Assembly (NCBI GenBank): GCA_043228905.1
Contig: JBHGNT010000450.1
Coordinates: 1-24,833, forward strand
DNA: 24,833 nt
Reading direction: 5' to 3'
Origin: Azolla caroliniana
Taxonomy: Eukaryota; Plantae; Polypodiophyta
Below are positions 1 to 10,461 of the stretch, one piece after another. The notes under the pieces were generated by a model. The model saw nothing but the letters and a program-made list of their open reading frames with translations. It was not told the origin of the DNA and did not search any database. The position numbers and the translations under genes are program-made. How positions within the stretch are numbered: the first letter of the stretch is position 1; each line of letters begins with the position of its first letter.

Positions 1-132
1 ATAATGTTCTTTTTCTACATGGCTAGAGTAGAAGTACACTGGATTCTATTAGTGTATGTAATATATCTTTGTTTTGCTCCCAATCTGTGTTGTTTCTTTC
101 GCAATCCTTTCTTGTCTCCCTTTTTCTCAAGC

Positions 133-167
133 ATGGCCAGTGAGCAACAACATCATCATCAACAAAG
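133..167 (+). CDS. LEA gene exon 1 (MASEQQHHHQQ + 2 nt)
   Basis: ATG in context AGCATGG after a pyrimidine-rich leader. GT donor at 168. Frame-compatible with the acceptor at 919-920. Confidence 0.75.
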
Positions 168-3100
168 GTTTGTTCCCTCTTGTGTTCAGGGTTTAGGGTT
201 TGTTTCCTCTCATATGTACATGTATTTTACGTTGTTTCTTTTGTGTTTTTTTGGGGGACTAGAAAAGTATAGATCTGGGTTTTGCTCAAAACGATTACGT
301 TTGATGCATTCAATTGTGTTTTTTTTGGAAGATTAGAGAAGTATAGATTTGGGTTTTTTCAAAAGGATTACATTTGAAAAGTATAGATTTGGGTTTTTTT
401 CAAAACGACTACATTTGATGCATTCAATTGTGTTTTTTTGAAATATTAGAGAAGTATAGATTTGGGGATGGATTTTTGCTTAAGTATAATGTTGTGTTAA
501 TTCTTTCAATTTGTTGCATTTTCTTGAGGATATGTTTGCCATGCTCAATCTTGGGTTTTGGTTTGGTTTATTTGAATCTATCAAATATTTAGTTGGGTTA
601 GTTCTCTAGATCCTTTGAAGACTAAATATGATGCAATTTCTTGATGATTTGTGGATTCTCTTGCTTTTAGCTCTGTGTATTGAGTATGAAATGATTTGAT
701 GCTTTCGTTGACAAGTGGCTATTTCATGGACATTTAGAAGGATGTTCAATCTAATTCATTCCTCGTAGATTTGTTTCTTATGTTTCATTTTATTCTTCTT
801 TCTCCATTGGCTTAGCTCTTTAGAATGTGGATTTATATATTTTCTGTCTTTATCTTTTCAATGAATGCTCATGTCTACATTTGGTTTCCTTCATTTTTGT
901 TTGCCTTTGTTCTTGTGTAGTGGAGGAGAAGCTGAAACGGCCATGGAAGAGAAGGCTAGTGGCTTCTATGGAGAGGTTGTGAAGGGAATGGCTGCAGTCG
1001 AGGCCGAATTACTGGACTTGGCCAAGTCGGGACTCAAGGAAACCGAGAAAGCAAAGGAAATCGGAGAAGAGAAGTCCGGGGGGACCGCACAATCGACTAA
1101 AGAAGAGAAGGCACCCGATGAAACCACCGAAGAAGCCAAAGGGAAAGCAGGCGAACCGGCAGCAAAAATGGAAGAGAAGGGAAGTGAGATGGCCGGAGCG
1201 GCGAAAGAGAAGGCCGATGAGACATCCAAAGCAGCAGGAGAGACCATGGAAGATGCTAAGGGGAAGACAGGCGAGTCTGCAGGTGCAGCTAAAGAGAAGG
1301 CGGAGAAAGTGTTCGAAGCAGCCGGAGAGAAGGCTGGCATGGTAAAGGAGAAGGCCGGAGAGAGCATGGAAGAGGCCAAGGAGAAGGCAGGCGAGTCGGC
1401 CGGAGCAACTAAAGAGAAGGCCGATTTAACGTCCGGAGCAGCTGGAGAGAAGGCCGGCACGATAAATGAGAAGGCTGGAGAGACCATGGAAGAGGCTAAA
1501 GAGAAGGCCGATGAAACGTCCGAAGCAGCCGGGGAGAAGGCCGGCATGATAAAGGAGAAGGCTGGAGAGACCATGGAAGGGGCTAAGGAGAAGGCAGGTG
1601 AAACCGCTGAAGTGGCCAAGGAGAGGTCAAGGGAGACCGCCCAAGGAGCCAAAGAGAAGGCCGGCCAAATGTCCGAGAAGGTGGGCGGGGCCACCGAAGC
1701 TGCCACCCAGGCCTCGGCTGACGAGGCTCGGGAAACCACCGAAGCTGCCAAAGAGAGGGCTGGTGGAATTTCAGAGAAGGCCGGTGAGACCACCGAGGCT
1801 GCCAAGGAGAAGGCCGGTGCGATCAAAGAGAGGGCCGGCGAAACCACCGAAGCTGCCAAGCAGAAGGCTGGGGCAACCGCTGAATTTGCCACCGAGACCG
1901 CGAAGGAGAAGGCCGGCACCGTCAGGGAGAAGGCATGTGAATCCATGGAAGCTGCCATGGAGGCTGGGAAGGAGAAGGGTGAAGCAATGAAGGAGAAGGC
2001 GTATGAAATGGCGGAAGCAGCTAAAGAGAAGGCAGGCCAAACCACGGAGGCAGTGAAGGAGAAGACCGAAGCAGCCAAAGAGAAGGCTGGTGAGACCACT
2101 GCAGCAGCCAAAGAGAAGGCTGAACAAACCACCGAAGCCGCAAGAGAGAAGGCAGGTGAAACCACTGCAGCTGCGAGAGAGAAGGCAGGTGAAATGGCGA
2201 AAAAGATCAGTGAAACCACAGAGGCTACCAAAGAGAAGGCTGGGGAAACCACTGAAGAAGCAAAGGGGAAGGCTAGTGAAATGAGCGGAAAAATCAATGA
2301 AACCACTGAAGCGGCCAAAGAGAAGGCTCAAGACGCAGCAGGGAAGGCCAGCGAGATGGCCTCGGAGACCAAAGAGGACACCAAAGGATTTCTGCAATCT
2401 GTCGTCGATACCATATCGGAGAACCTGCAGGCCGTGCGAGAGCGAGGTATGGAGGTAGCAGAGCAAGCTAAGGAGAGCACAGGGGAGCAAACCAAGAAGG
2501 CCGGAGAAATGGCCAGTGAAACGATGGACTCTACGAAGCAGAAGACGGGTGAGGCGACGGAGGCAGCTAAAGAGAAGGCATGGGAAGCTGCAGAAACTGC
2601 GAGAGAGATGGGCGGTGAAATGGCAGGGCAAGGCAGGGGTGCTGTTCAATCAGCTGCAGAGGCCATATCGCAGAAGGTCCATGCGATAGCGGAGGCGGTG
2701 ACGGGTACTATTTCCGGGGGTATGCAGGTTGTGAAGGAGAGAGCTTCCGAATCAGCTCAACATGCTAAAGAAGGCGGCTTAGATGCCGCCCAGAAGGCCA
2801 AAGTAGGGGCCGAAGACACCGCCCGGGCAGCCATGGACAAGACTTATGCCGCTACCGAGCTCGCCAGGGACAAAACTTATGAAGCTGCCCAGCTTGCCAA
2901 GGACAAGACTTATTCTGCTTCCGAGCTTGCTAGGGACAAGACTTATGATGCCGCCCAGCTTGCCAAGGACAAGACTTACGATGTTGCCCAACAAGCTCAT
3001 GCAAGCATTGTAGATGGTGCCCAACAGTCTAAGGAGGGCTTGAAAGGCTACATGCAAAGCGCTTCCGAGACCATTTCTGAGAAGCTCGGAAGCGGCGAGG

Positions 3101-3429
3101 GGAAAGGTATGGAAAAGATGCAAGAAACTGGCGAGGAACATGATAAAAAAGAGGGCGAGAGCCACGAAACCTCGAAAGAACAAGTAGAGCAACAAGGAAG
3201 TAATGAGAAACATGACGAGAGCTGGCAATTGAATGCGGGCACAACAAGTGGTGGAGAGAGCAAGGAGGTGAAAACTAAAGGATATGTCCGAGCTGTGGGA
3301 GAGGTTGTATTAGAGACGGCCGCTTCATTGATGGGCAAGTCCGAAGAGAAGCATGAAAGAGTCGACGAAAGTGTTTGTAAAGAGTCTGAAGATAGGAATC
3401 GTGTGCGAGGTGAAGATACATCCATCTAA
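133..3429 (+). CDS. Group 3 late embryogenesis abundant (LEA_4-type) protein, 2 exons join(133..167,921..3429), about 847 aa
   Basis: ATG at 133 (MASEQQHHHQQ), donor AG|GTTTGT at 168 and pyrimidine-rich acceptor TTGTGTAG at 920. The phase-2 junction AG+T (Ser) joins in frame with ORF 865..3429. The protein is hydrophilic and A/E/K/T/G-rich, with many 11-mers such as ETTEAAKEKAG and AAQLAKDKTYD, typical of group 3 LEA proteins. Confidence 0.88.
260..467. repeat. Imperfect tandem repeats (AAGTATAGAT(T/C)TGGG core, 4 starts, units about 40-75 bp) in the LEA intron
   Basis: The motif aagtatagatYtggg recurs near 266, 339, 379 and 451. Two copies continue with tttgatgcattcaattgtgtttttt. Confidence 0.75.
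921..3429 (+). CDS. LEA gene exon 2 (repeat-rich body to TAA stop)
   Basis: Sharp change from T-rich intron to purine/GC-rich coding sequence at 921. Open frame to TAA at 3427-3429. Confidence 0.9.
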
Positions 3430-3598
3430 TGCTTTGCAAACATAAACCGATACAAGAAACATTGAAAATTGGAGAAAATAATCATCCACTCTCTCACCTT
3501 ACCAATCATACAAAAGGATTGAAGCTCTTAGGCTTTGCATTGGGTGACTTCCAACATACAAATATACACGTGTCTCCATCCTAGTAAAAGAAACAACA

Positions 3599-3604
3599 AA
3601 TAAA
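3599..3604 (+). promoter_or_regulatory. Candidate polyadenylation signal (AATAAA) of the LEA gene
   Basis: AATAAA about 170 nt after the stop codon. Plant poly(A) signals are degenerate, so this is only a candidate. Confidence 0.3.
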
Positions 3605-4612
3605 AAGTAGCTTGATTTGGGTAGATTGGCAGGTTGATAGGCAATGTAGTGGAGGAATTAGATTGGTTCTATGATGTAAGTTTGGTGAATCTATTATGTA
3701 AATAAGAGTGATTTTTTGTTATTTTTTTATGATTCGCTATATTATAGATGAGAAATCATGAGATAATTTAACTACTTTTATGATTCGTTATATTATAGAT
3801 GAGATAATTTCACAACTCTTGCACCCTTTTGATCGTTGAGCATTCATGAGGATTATTGTATCGAAACGGATTTTCTTATAAGATTGATCATAGACAATAG
3901 GGTCGTCTTGTGGAGTTGCCATGCAAGGTGCCATGCGTGAGTCCATGTGGTCACTCATGTCATATTATAACATAGCAAATATAGGTCTTGGAGTCAAAAC
4001 TCATGACATGAATAAACTTTGAGGTTGCTTTTGTCCCTTGTTATGTTGTAAGATTGCTTAGAATGTCCGTTGTGTTGATTTTGCCATGCATGGCCTGATT
4101 GGTTAGCATGAGTGCTTATAACAAGTGAGTAGGGGACTAGTAATATGAAGATCTTCACATAGAGGCCCATTTGATCACATGGCAAATGATGGAAGCTTGA
4201 TACTAAATGCATGCCTATAGCAAGACAATTAAGGGAAAGCATATGTAATGATTATGAGTCGATAAATTGATCAATCAAACATTGTTACTATTAGTGGAAC
4301 AAAATTTATTGCTTATCATTGCCAATCAAATGTTGTTAGTATTGCCAATCAAACATTGTTATTACTCTCCTTAACCATCTTGCCGAATGCTGGAATTTTG
4401 AATTTCGAAGATTTAGAAGGCCCTCGCTTAAATGGGTTGAATGAGTTATCTAAATACATTCTTTTGACGTATATTGAAATTTGTATTTAGGATACACTTT
4501 GATAGCTTTTGTATTTGGATTTTTTAAAATTATTCTAATACTTTGGTAGATGCAAATGCATTATTAGTTGAGAAAATACCATTATTATTTCTTATTATTT
4601 CAAGAATAACAA

Positions 4613-5233
4613 TGTTAAGAACCGAATTCGAACTCAGTCGAATATGAGTTCAGACACGCATATATATAGACATACATCTTCTTATAAAGATGCATAAAAT
4701 GACTTAGTAGATATATATACTAACAGGCCTAGTAGTGCGTCTTATGTGGGATAACTCACTAGAAGTAAACACTGAGATAAAGGGGGAAAAACATACATAA
4801 CGTATGTGAGTAAATGAGAGATATATATATGTGAGTGAAAAACGAGTTGTTTTGGAAAAGGCGTGACTAGAGAACGACTGACACAGTAGTGGCTGTGCAA
4901 GAGAGAATACTCAGAAGCTAAGTGAGAGAAGAAAGAAGAGTGAAACAAAGAGAAATAGAGAGAAAGACAAAGAAGCTTTGGAAGCTTCGAAGGGGAATAG
5001 ACATCTACGTGTTAGGGTTTGGAATGCTCATCAGAAATTGTGGTTTCAGAGAACATTCAGATCAGATCAGGTGCTTTCATTCTATGGTTGTATTTTGTCC
5101 TCTATTATAGTGGAAATCTTTGTTCCGTGGTTTTTCCCTGAAATCAGGGTTTTCCACTTAAATTGTGTGCTCTTCGTCATTTTTTTGTTTGTGTAAGTTT
5201 AATATCGGAATTTGTCTAAGTGAAATTTTAACA
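4613..5233 (+). mobile_element. Probable solo LTR, Ty1/copia-like
   Basis: Ends are TGTTAA...TTAACA (6-bp inverted termini). The interior has TATA-rich and GA-rich tracts and a U5-like motif ccgtggtttttccc...gggttttccac, which I recognise from plant copia LTRs. No convincing TSD (AACAA vs AATAT). Confidence 0.6.
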
Positions 5234-5386
5234 AATATCCCATTACCTTCGATATTATGGTCCATGAATACATTGAAGACTCCTTAGCTAGAGAGACTAA
5301 CATTGTTATGGAATATAATGGTTGTAAAGTTTATACCCTCTTGTGAAGGATATATAAATGTAATTTAGTTAAATAATGAAGTATAA

Positions 5387-5710
5387 ATTTAACATACTCC
5401 CTAGAGAGCTAATTCCCTCTCTCCTTAATTATCTTTCTAATAATAAGTTAAGAGTCTAATTTTTGTATATTAATGACTTATAATGATTTAAATAGACTAA
5501 AGGAAGACAGACCGATTAGTCACTTCTCGTTTCTTCATTCTTCTAACAAGTGCATGGAAACATGTTTGTCACCTTATCTTATATTTGTGTGATTAGGTTG
5601 TAAATTTAATTTGCATTTGTTTTAGTACATACTTAGTCCATGCATAAGTATAGCTCAAGGGTGATTGACACTCGATACTCATCCGTCTCACTAACAAAAG
5701 GGTATACAAT
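5387..5710 (+). repeat. Diverged direct repeat, copy A (pairs with 7577..7911)
   Basis: Shared collinear blocks tttaacatactccc(c)tagag ... ttagt.acttct ... tgcatg.aaacat ... caagggtga ... tctca...aacaaaagggta.acaat. Confidence 0.6.
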
Positions 5711-6425
5711 TGTACTCAACCTCCTAATGGTTCTTACGAAGTAACTAAAATCCCAAAAACGTTACATCTTTGGCTCCGTGATAGGGGATTACAATGACTT
5801 CTTTAAGCTAGTGGTGAGCTTTTCAATGCTCCCATAACTACTCACAAAGGAGGTGAGAAAAAACCTTCTCTATAAACTAACCTTACATTTTTGCAACACC
5901 TTTTAGGATCCATACCAGAAGCTATCTTTTACTTGAGTACTCCTTTGATTCATACCACGTTCTACCTTTTTATGGGCAAGACGAGTGAGAGTGTGTTCAA
6001 TCTCTCTCAAGCTACACACACTAGATAACTACTAAAGCAAATGGTAATCTTAGACTACAACCTAATCACATTTACAAAATGAACATCAATAATTAAGCAG
6101 GAAGAGAGTCGAGACTATACCATAGTACATACCATGTTTCCACACGCTTGATAGAAGGGCAAAGAGACCAGATAAATAAATCATAATATACACTCTTACA
6201 AAGTTACATATTCGTCGACAAGACAATAATAGCAAGACAAATAGATCACCATCATTGATTTGACATAATTTTTTTGATACATTAAGTAAGTGTTGCATAT
6301 CATTCAAAGTATATGACAATAAAACAACATCATTAACCTATAGTAATATAAGAATCATTTCTTGCATGAGTTTCATAACCTTGTTTACTATTTCTTCTAG
6401 TTTATCCATGCTCATACACATCGAA

Positions 6426-6489
6426 AATGGCATCTAGTAAATGTAGCTCAGTTGGTAAGGTTGCCCCTACATTCCACAATGGCATCTAG
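6426..6489 (+). mobile_element. Internally deleted tRNA-derived (SINE-head-like) insertion flanked by the 12-bp direct repeat AATGGCATCTAG
   Basis: The core 6438..6477 contains a Pol III A-box-like TAGCTCAGTTGG and ends in ACATTCCA, complementary to the 5' AATGT like a tRNA acceptor stem. An identical 12-mer lies at 6426-6437 and 6478-6489. Confidence 0.55.
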
Positions 6490-6590
6490 AGAATTAAGAG
6501 TATATGAAGTATATAATAGAGAGGTGAGGAAATTGGGTTTCGACGCAATACTTGTAGTGTTAACAACATACCACTAGGGTAAGGTAATTA

Positions 6591-6596
<6 letters not shown>

Positions 6597-6644
<48 letters not shown>

Positions 6645-6728
6645 CTGCCCAATAGAGACCAAGTGGTCATGGGTTCAACCCTTACATTCCACATTGGCAT
6701 CTAGTGAATTAAAGAGATATATATAAAG

Positions 6729-6776
<48 letters not shown>

Positions 6777-6859
6777 TGCCCAATAGAGACCAAGTGGTCA
6801 TGGGTTCAACCCTTACATTCCACATTGGCATCTAGTGAATTAAAGAGATATATATAAAG

Positions 6860-6907
<48 letters not shown>

Positions 6908-6990
6908 TGCCCAATAGAGACCAAGTGGTCATGGGTTCAACCCTTACATTCCACATTGGCATCTAGTGAATTAAAGAGATATATATAAAG

Positions 6991-7040
<50 letters not shown>

Positions 7041-7123
7041 TGCCCAATAGAGACCAAGTGGTCATGGGTTCAACCCTTACATTCCACATTGGCATCTAGT
7101 GAATTAAAGAGATATATATAAAG

Positions 7124-7175
<52 letters not shown>

Positions 7176-7258
7176 TGCCCAATAGAGACCAAGTGGTCAT
7201 GGGTTCAACCCTTACATTCCACATTGGCATCTAGTGAATTAAAGAGATATATATAAAG

Positions 7259-7320
<62 letters not shown>

Positions 7321-7407
7321 TGCCCAATAGAGACCAAGTGGTCATGGGTTCAACCCTTACATTCCACATTGGCATCTAGTGAATTAAAGAGATATATATA
7401 AAGTATA
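6597..7407 (+). repeat. Tandem array: six near-identical 92-bp tRNA-derived units separated by (GA)n tracts
   Basis: Units start at 6641, 6772, 6903, 7036, 7171 and 7316 (aaggttgcccaatagagaccaagtggtcatgggttcaacccttacattccacattggcatctagtgaattaaagagatatatataaagtata). The only difference I see is one T>C in unit 1. Each unit has a B-box-like GGTTCAACCC. Confidence 0.95.
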
Positions 7408-7576
7408 TATATAGTGAGAAAATTGGGTTTTGAACTCAAGACGCAATGCTTGTAGTGTTAACAACTTACCGCTAGGGTAAGCTAATTACGAAAACAAAGA
7501 GAGAGCGGGAGGGAGGGAGAGTGATGCACTTTTAAATAAGGTGAAATTATAAACCTCTTACAAAAGTATTCCTCAC

Positions 7577-7911
7577 TTTAACATACTCCCTAGAGGTTGA
7601 ACCTCTCCGGCTTTCTTTAATCATGTTCCTAGTTATAAATTAAGAAGTTGCAACCTAATCGTTGTATCATAACAACTTGTAATTATTTAAACATAGTAAT
7701 GGAAGCCAAACCAAGTTAGTGACTTCTTGCCTCTTCTTTCTTCTATCTAATGCATGCAAACATAGTAAAGCCTTTTCCTAGTTAAGTGTAACGTCTTTTC
7801 GTATATGTGAAAATTGAGTTTGAAGTTTGTTTTAGTAGCTATCCATTCATGAACAGCCCAAGGGTGACTAGCACTCACCCTCACTTGTCTCATCAACAAA
7901 AGGGTAGACAA
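7577..7911 (+). repeat. Diverged direct repeat, copy B (pairs with 5387..5710)
   Basis: Collinear similarity blocks with copy A. Confidence 0.6.
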
Positions 7912-7930
7912 TGGTATATCCCCATATATC

Positions 7931-8297
7931 TGTTGGGCTAAAAGTCCTAATCTACCCAGTCGTATCCTAGTGTGAACACTCCACGCGGAGTTAAGGCTTA
8001 GTTACCCCAACTATAAATAAGGGGAACTAAGCCTTGTAATACAATTCAACGGAATTTCAAATATACAATCTTTCTTGAACTATAACTATGTAATTGTCAT
8101 TCTCTCTTTCTCTCTATCTTTCTTGCATATCCTTGTTGAGATTATTCAATGCATCATACATTCTACTTGTTATATGTCTGCCTATTTCCATTAGCAAGAT
8201 CCACACATATATTCCGCACAAGTCGACTAACCACACATCAATCAACTCTAGAGACACATTCTACCATCAAGATCAACCTTGAGGTGTATCTTTGACA
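7931..8297 (+). mobile_element. Possible short solo LTR
   Basis: Starts TGTTGG and ends GACA, with internal TATAAATA (about 8012) followed by a CT-rich tract. No TSD found. Confidence 0.35.
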
Positions 8298-8885
8298 TAG
8301 TTCATAGGGATTTATGATAAAAATAATATGAATCTATCTATGCACACATTGTCTTTGTTATTGGAATCCTTGCCATTGCGTTGGTAAGTATATCAATTTG
8401 AGAACTGAAATTAAACCAAGGGAAAATTTGCATGCAAAATCAATTCTATTAGAATGAATTATCAATTGGCTCTCTTTGAAAACCAATAGAATTGATAATC
8501 TTTATTGGTCATAAGATACTCATTGATCTATGATTTACCATCTAAATTGATCGTAAAGAAGATTCTGCAGATCCAAGTGCTAGAAACTAACCTTATAGGT
8601 GTTAGGGTGTCTTATTATATTACTTTGATCTAGCTAACTCTAATTACATCTACAAGTTGGATAAACCAGTAGAAGTGGGTATCAGTCCACTTCTAAGATG
8701 CACAAACACTGAAGAACAAACAAGGTAACCAATAAACCTAATGCCTAAATGCAACCAGATGAGGTTAAGCCCCCTTGACCACCCTTTCAACGTGTCAACA
8801 CACGTTTACAACAATAAGCACATGTTGTTTTGCGCATATTAATGCAAATATACATATGCACCTTACTGCCAGTGGCAAATCTATA

Positions 8886-8891
8886 TTTATT
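8886..8891 (-). promoter_or_regulatory. Candidate poly(A) signal (AATAAA) of SMG8
   Basis: TTTATT on + at 8886-8891, about 400 nt into the predicted last 3'UTR exon. Confidence 0.3.
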
Positions 8892-9288
8892 TCATACCAC
8901 AAATGTGACAGAACAACTCCATACTATATCTTTAGGCAGTAGGCCCACAAATAGTCATCAACTTCAATAGCCAAAGGTAAAATAATTATTAACTCAATAC
9001 ACAATAAAACAAGTAACAAACAAAATGCTGGTCATCGTGGCTCCAGTCATTATCAATGCTAGCATTGCAATGTGCACAACGGAACCCAATTTTACATGAA
9101 AATGTTCAGTACAATATCTATGTTTTTACAACATTCACTACGTTGGCTCTCCTCCATTGTGGGCCCTGATTGTAGCTATAGAAAAGAATAACATTTTCAA
9201 CAGTCCTTTAGAAATGTGGAATTCTACAACACTGTATAGCTCTGTAACAGAGATGAGCTCGGCAAGTTCCAAAGTTGCGCTGGAAAGC

Positions 9289-9552
9289 CTACCAAGAAAA
9301 TAATCAATATGAACAAACGAATTAGAGCCTTATGAAGGTATACTGGCACCATTGGTTCTTATGTAAGTGCATATGTATATGTATAATGTATACCGTATAT
9401 TGTATATGTAAAATTGTACAGATGCATATATACATATACATTACAGTGATAAGCAGGAAGTGAGCACATCGGAAGATTAGGGATGTGACAGATGGTTAAA
9501 ACACACCCGTATTGCAAGCTGATACAGTTAGAATTGGTTTGCAATAGCTCAC
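9289..9552 (-). other. SMG8: Predicted second 3'UTR intron of SMG8 (264 nt)
   Basis: Minus-strand donor AGG|GTGAGC (GT 9552-9551) and acceptor attattttcttggTAG|G (AG 9290-9289). AT-rich interior. Confidence 0.5.
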
Positions 9553-9665
9553 CCTTGAGGTGTATTCTGGAAGTTATTTGAGTAGAAGGATAAGTTGATA
9601 ATGGAAGCATCATATCGCAACAAGAGATCATTGTAATCTGGAAATTTGTTTAGTAGAGGTGCAAC

Positions 9666-10461
9666 CTGAAGAAAAGAAATCAATATGCATCATTAATGTG
9701 TTCTTCAATAAAGATTGAATGTACAGCATTTCAGACTTACCTAATTTTGACATATAAAACCATGTTTCTGAACATTGCAAAAAACCACAAGCAAATCTAC
9801 ACACAACTAGTGGTAAAAAAGGAGCATACAGGTTACAAACCATCTAATTAAAGAAAACTGATGTATCACTAATCAGATCCTTGATTGAAAAAAACCCATT
9901 AAGAAGTATAATTTGGTGCTCATCCCTTCACCATTTGGCCATATCACTTCTCAGACTTACCTAACTTTGACATATAAGACCATGTTACTGAACGTCACAA
10001 AAAACCACAAGCAAATCCATACACAATAAGCGGTCAAAAAGGAGCGTACCGGTTACAAACCATCTAATTCAAGAAAGCTAATGCATCAATAAATCATCAG
10101 ATTCTCAGTTGAAAACAACCCACTAAGAAGTATAGTATACTTTTGTGCTCATACTTTTACCATCTGGCCATACCACTGTTATCATTCATTTTTTGAGCAT
10201 GCCAACTCACTTCCTAGGGCTCCTTTGCTCAATTAATCCATTTAGAAAAAAAACCTTCGTACATATACATGCTCTGAGGATGGTTAATTATTTACATATC
10301 AGGCAACTTTCCTCGTTTTTGTGAGATTTCTATTAACTTGGGTCTTGGTTTTTAAAGAATGTTGCTGCAGATGGACAAGGATAAGAGAAACAGAGCAGGT
10401 GTACAAAAGAATTTTAACAGTGTGTCTAAATTAAATACCTAGAATGCATCAGCACTTTTAC
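9666..10461 (-). other. SMG8: Predicted first 3'UTR intron of SMG8 (796 nt; alternative donors at 9960 and 9740)
   Basis: Donor AAG|GTAAAA (GT 10461-10460) lies 113 nt after the stop. Strong acceptor atttcttttcttCAG|G (AG 9667-9666). Confidence 0.5.
9731..10177. repeat. Diverged tandem duplication, about 220-bp unit, 2 copies
   Basis: tcagacttacctaa...ggccata.cact at 9731..9948 and 9951..10177, collinear with scattered substitutions and small indels. Confidence 0.9.

Noticed and set aside
865-920. Apparent signal peptide at the start of the 854-aa ORF
   Set aside because: It is the translated polypyrimidine tract of the intron ending at TAG 920.
966-2318. 450-aa antisense ORF and other ORFs overlapping the LEA gene (1118, 1598, 1771, 2090, 2779, 3029, 3048)
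   Set aside because: These are shadow frames of the repetitive GCN/GAR/AAR-rich LEA coding strand, which rarely produces stops. There is no independent gene signal.
6438-6692. Functional tRNA gene
   Set aside because: The A-box and B-box lie in separate truncated copies, and no intact cloverleaf or anticodon arm can be built from any single copy.
6641-7407. CRISPR array
   Set aside because: The context is eukaryotic, the 92-bp repeats are too long, the spacers are pure (GA)n, and there are no cas genes.
9731-10177. Tandem intronic C/D box snoRNAs
   Set aside because: CTGA occurs at the minus-strand ends, but there is no canonical RTGATGA box C with a terminal stem, and I cannot identify an rRNA-antisense element.
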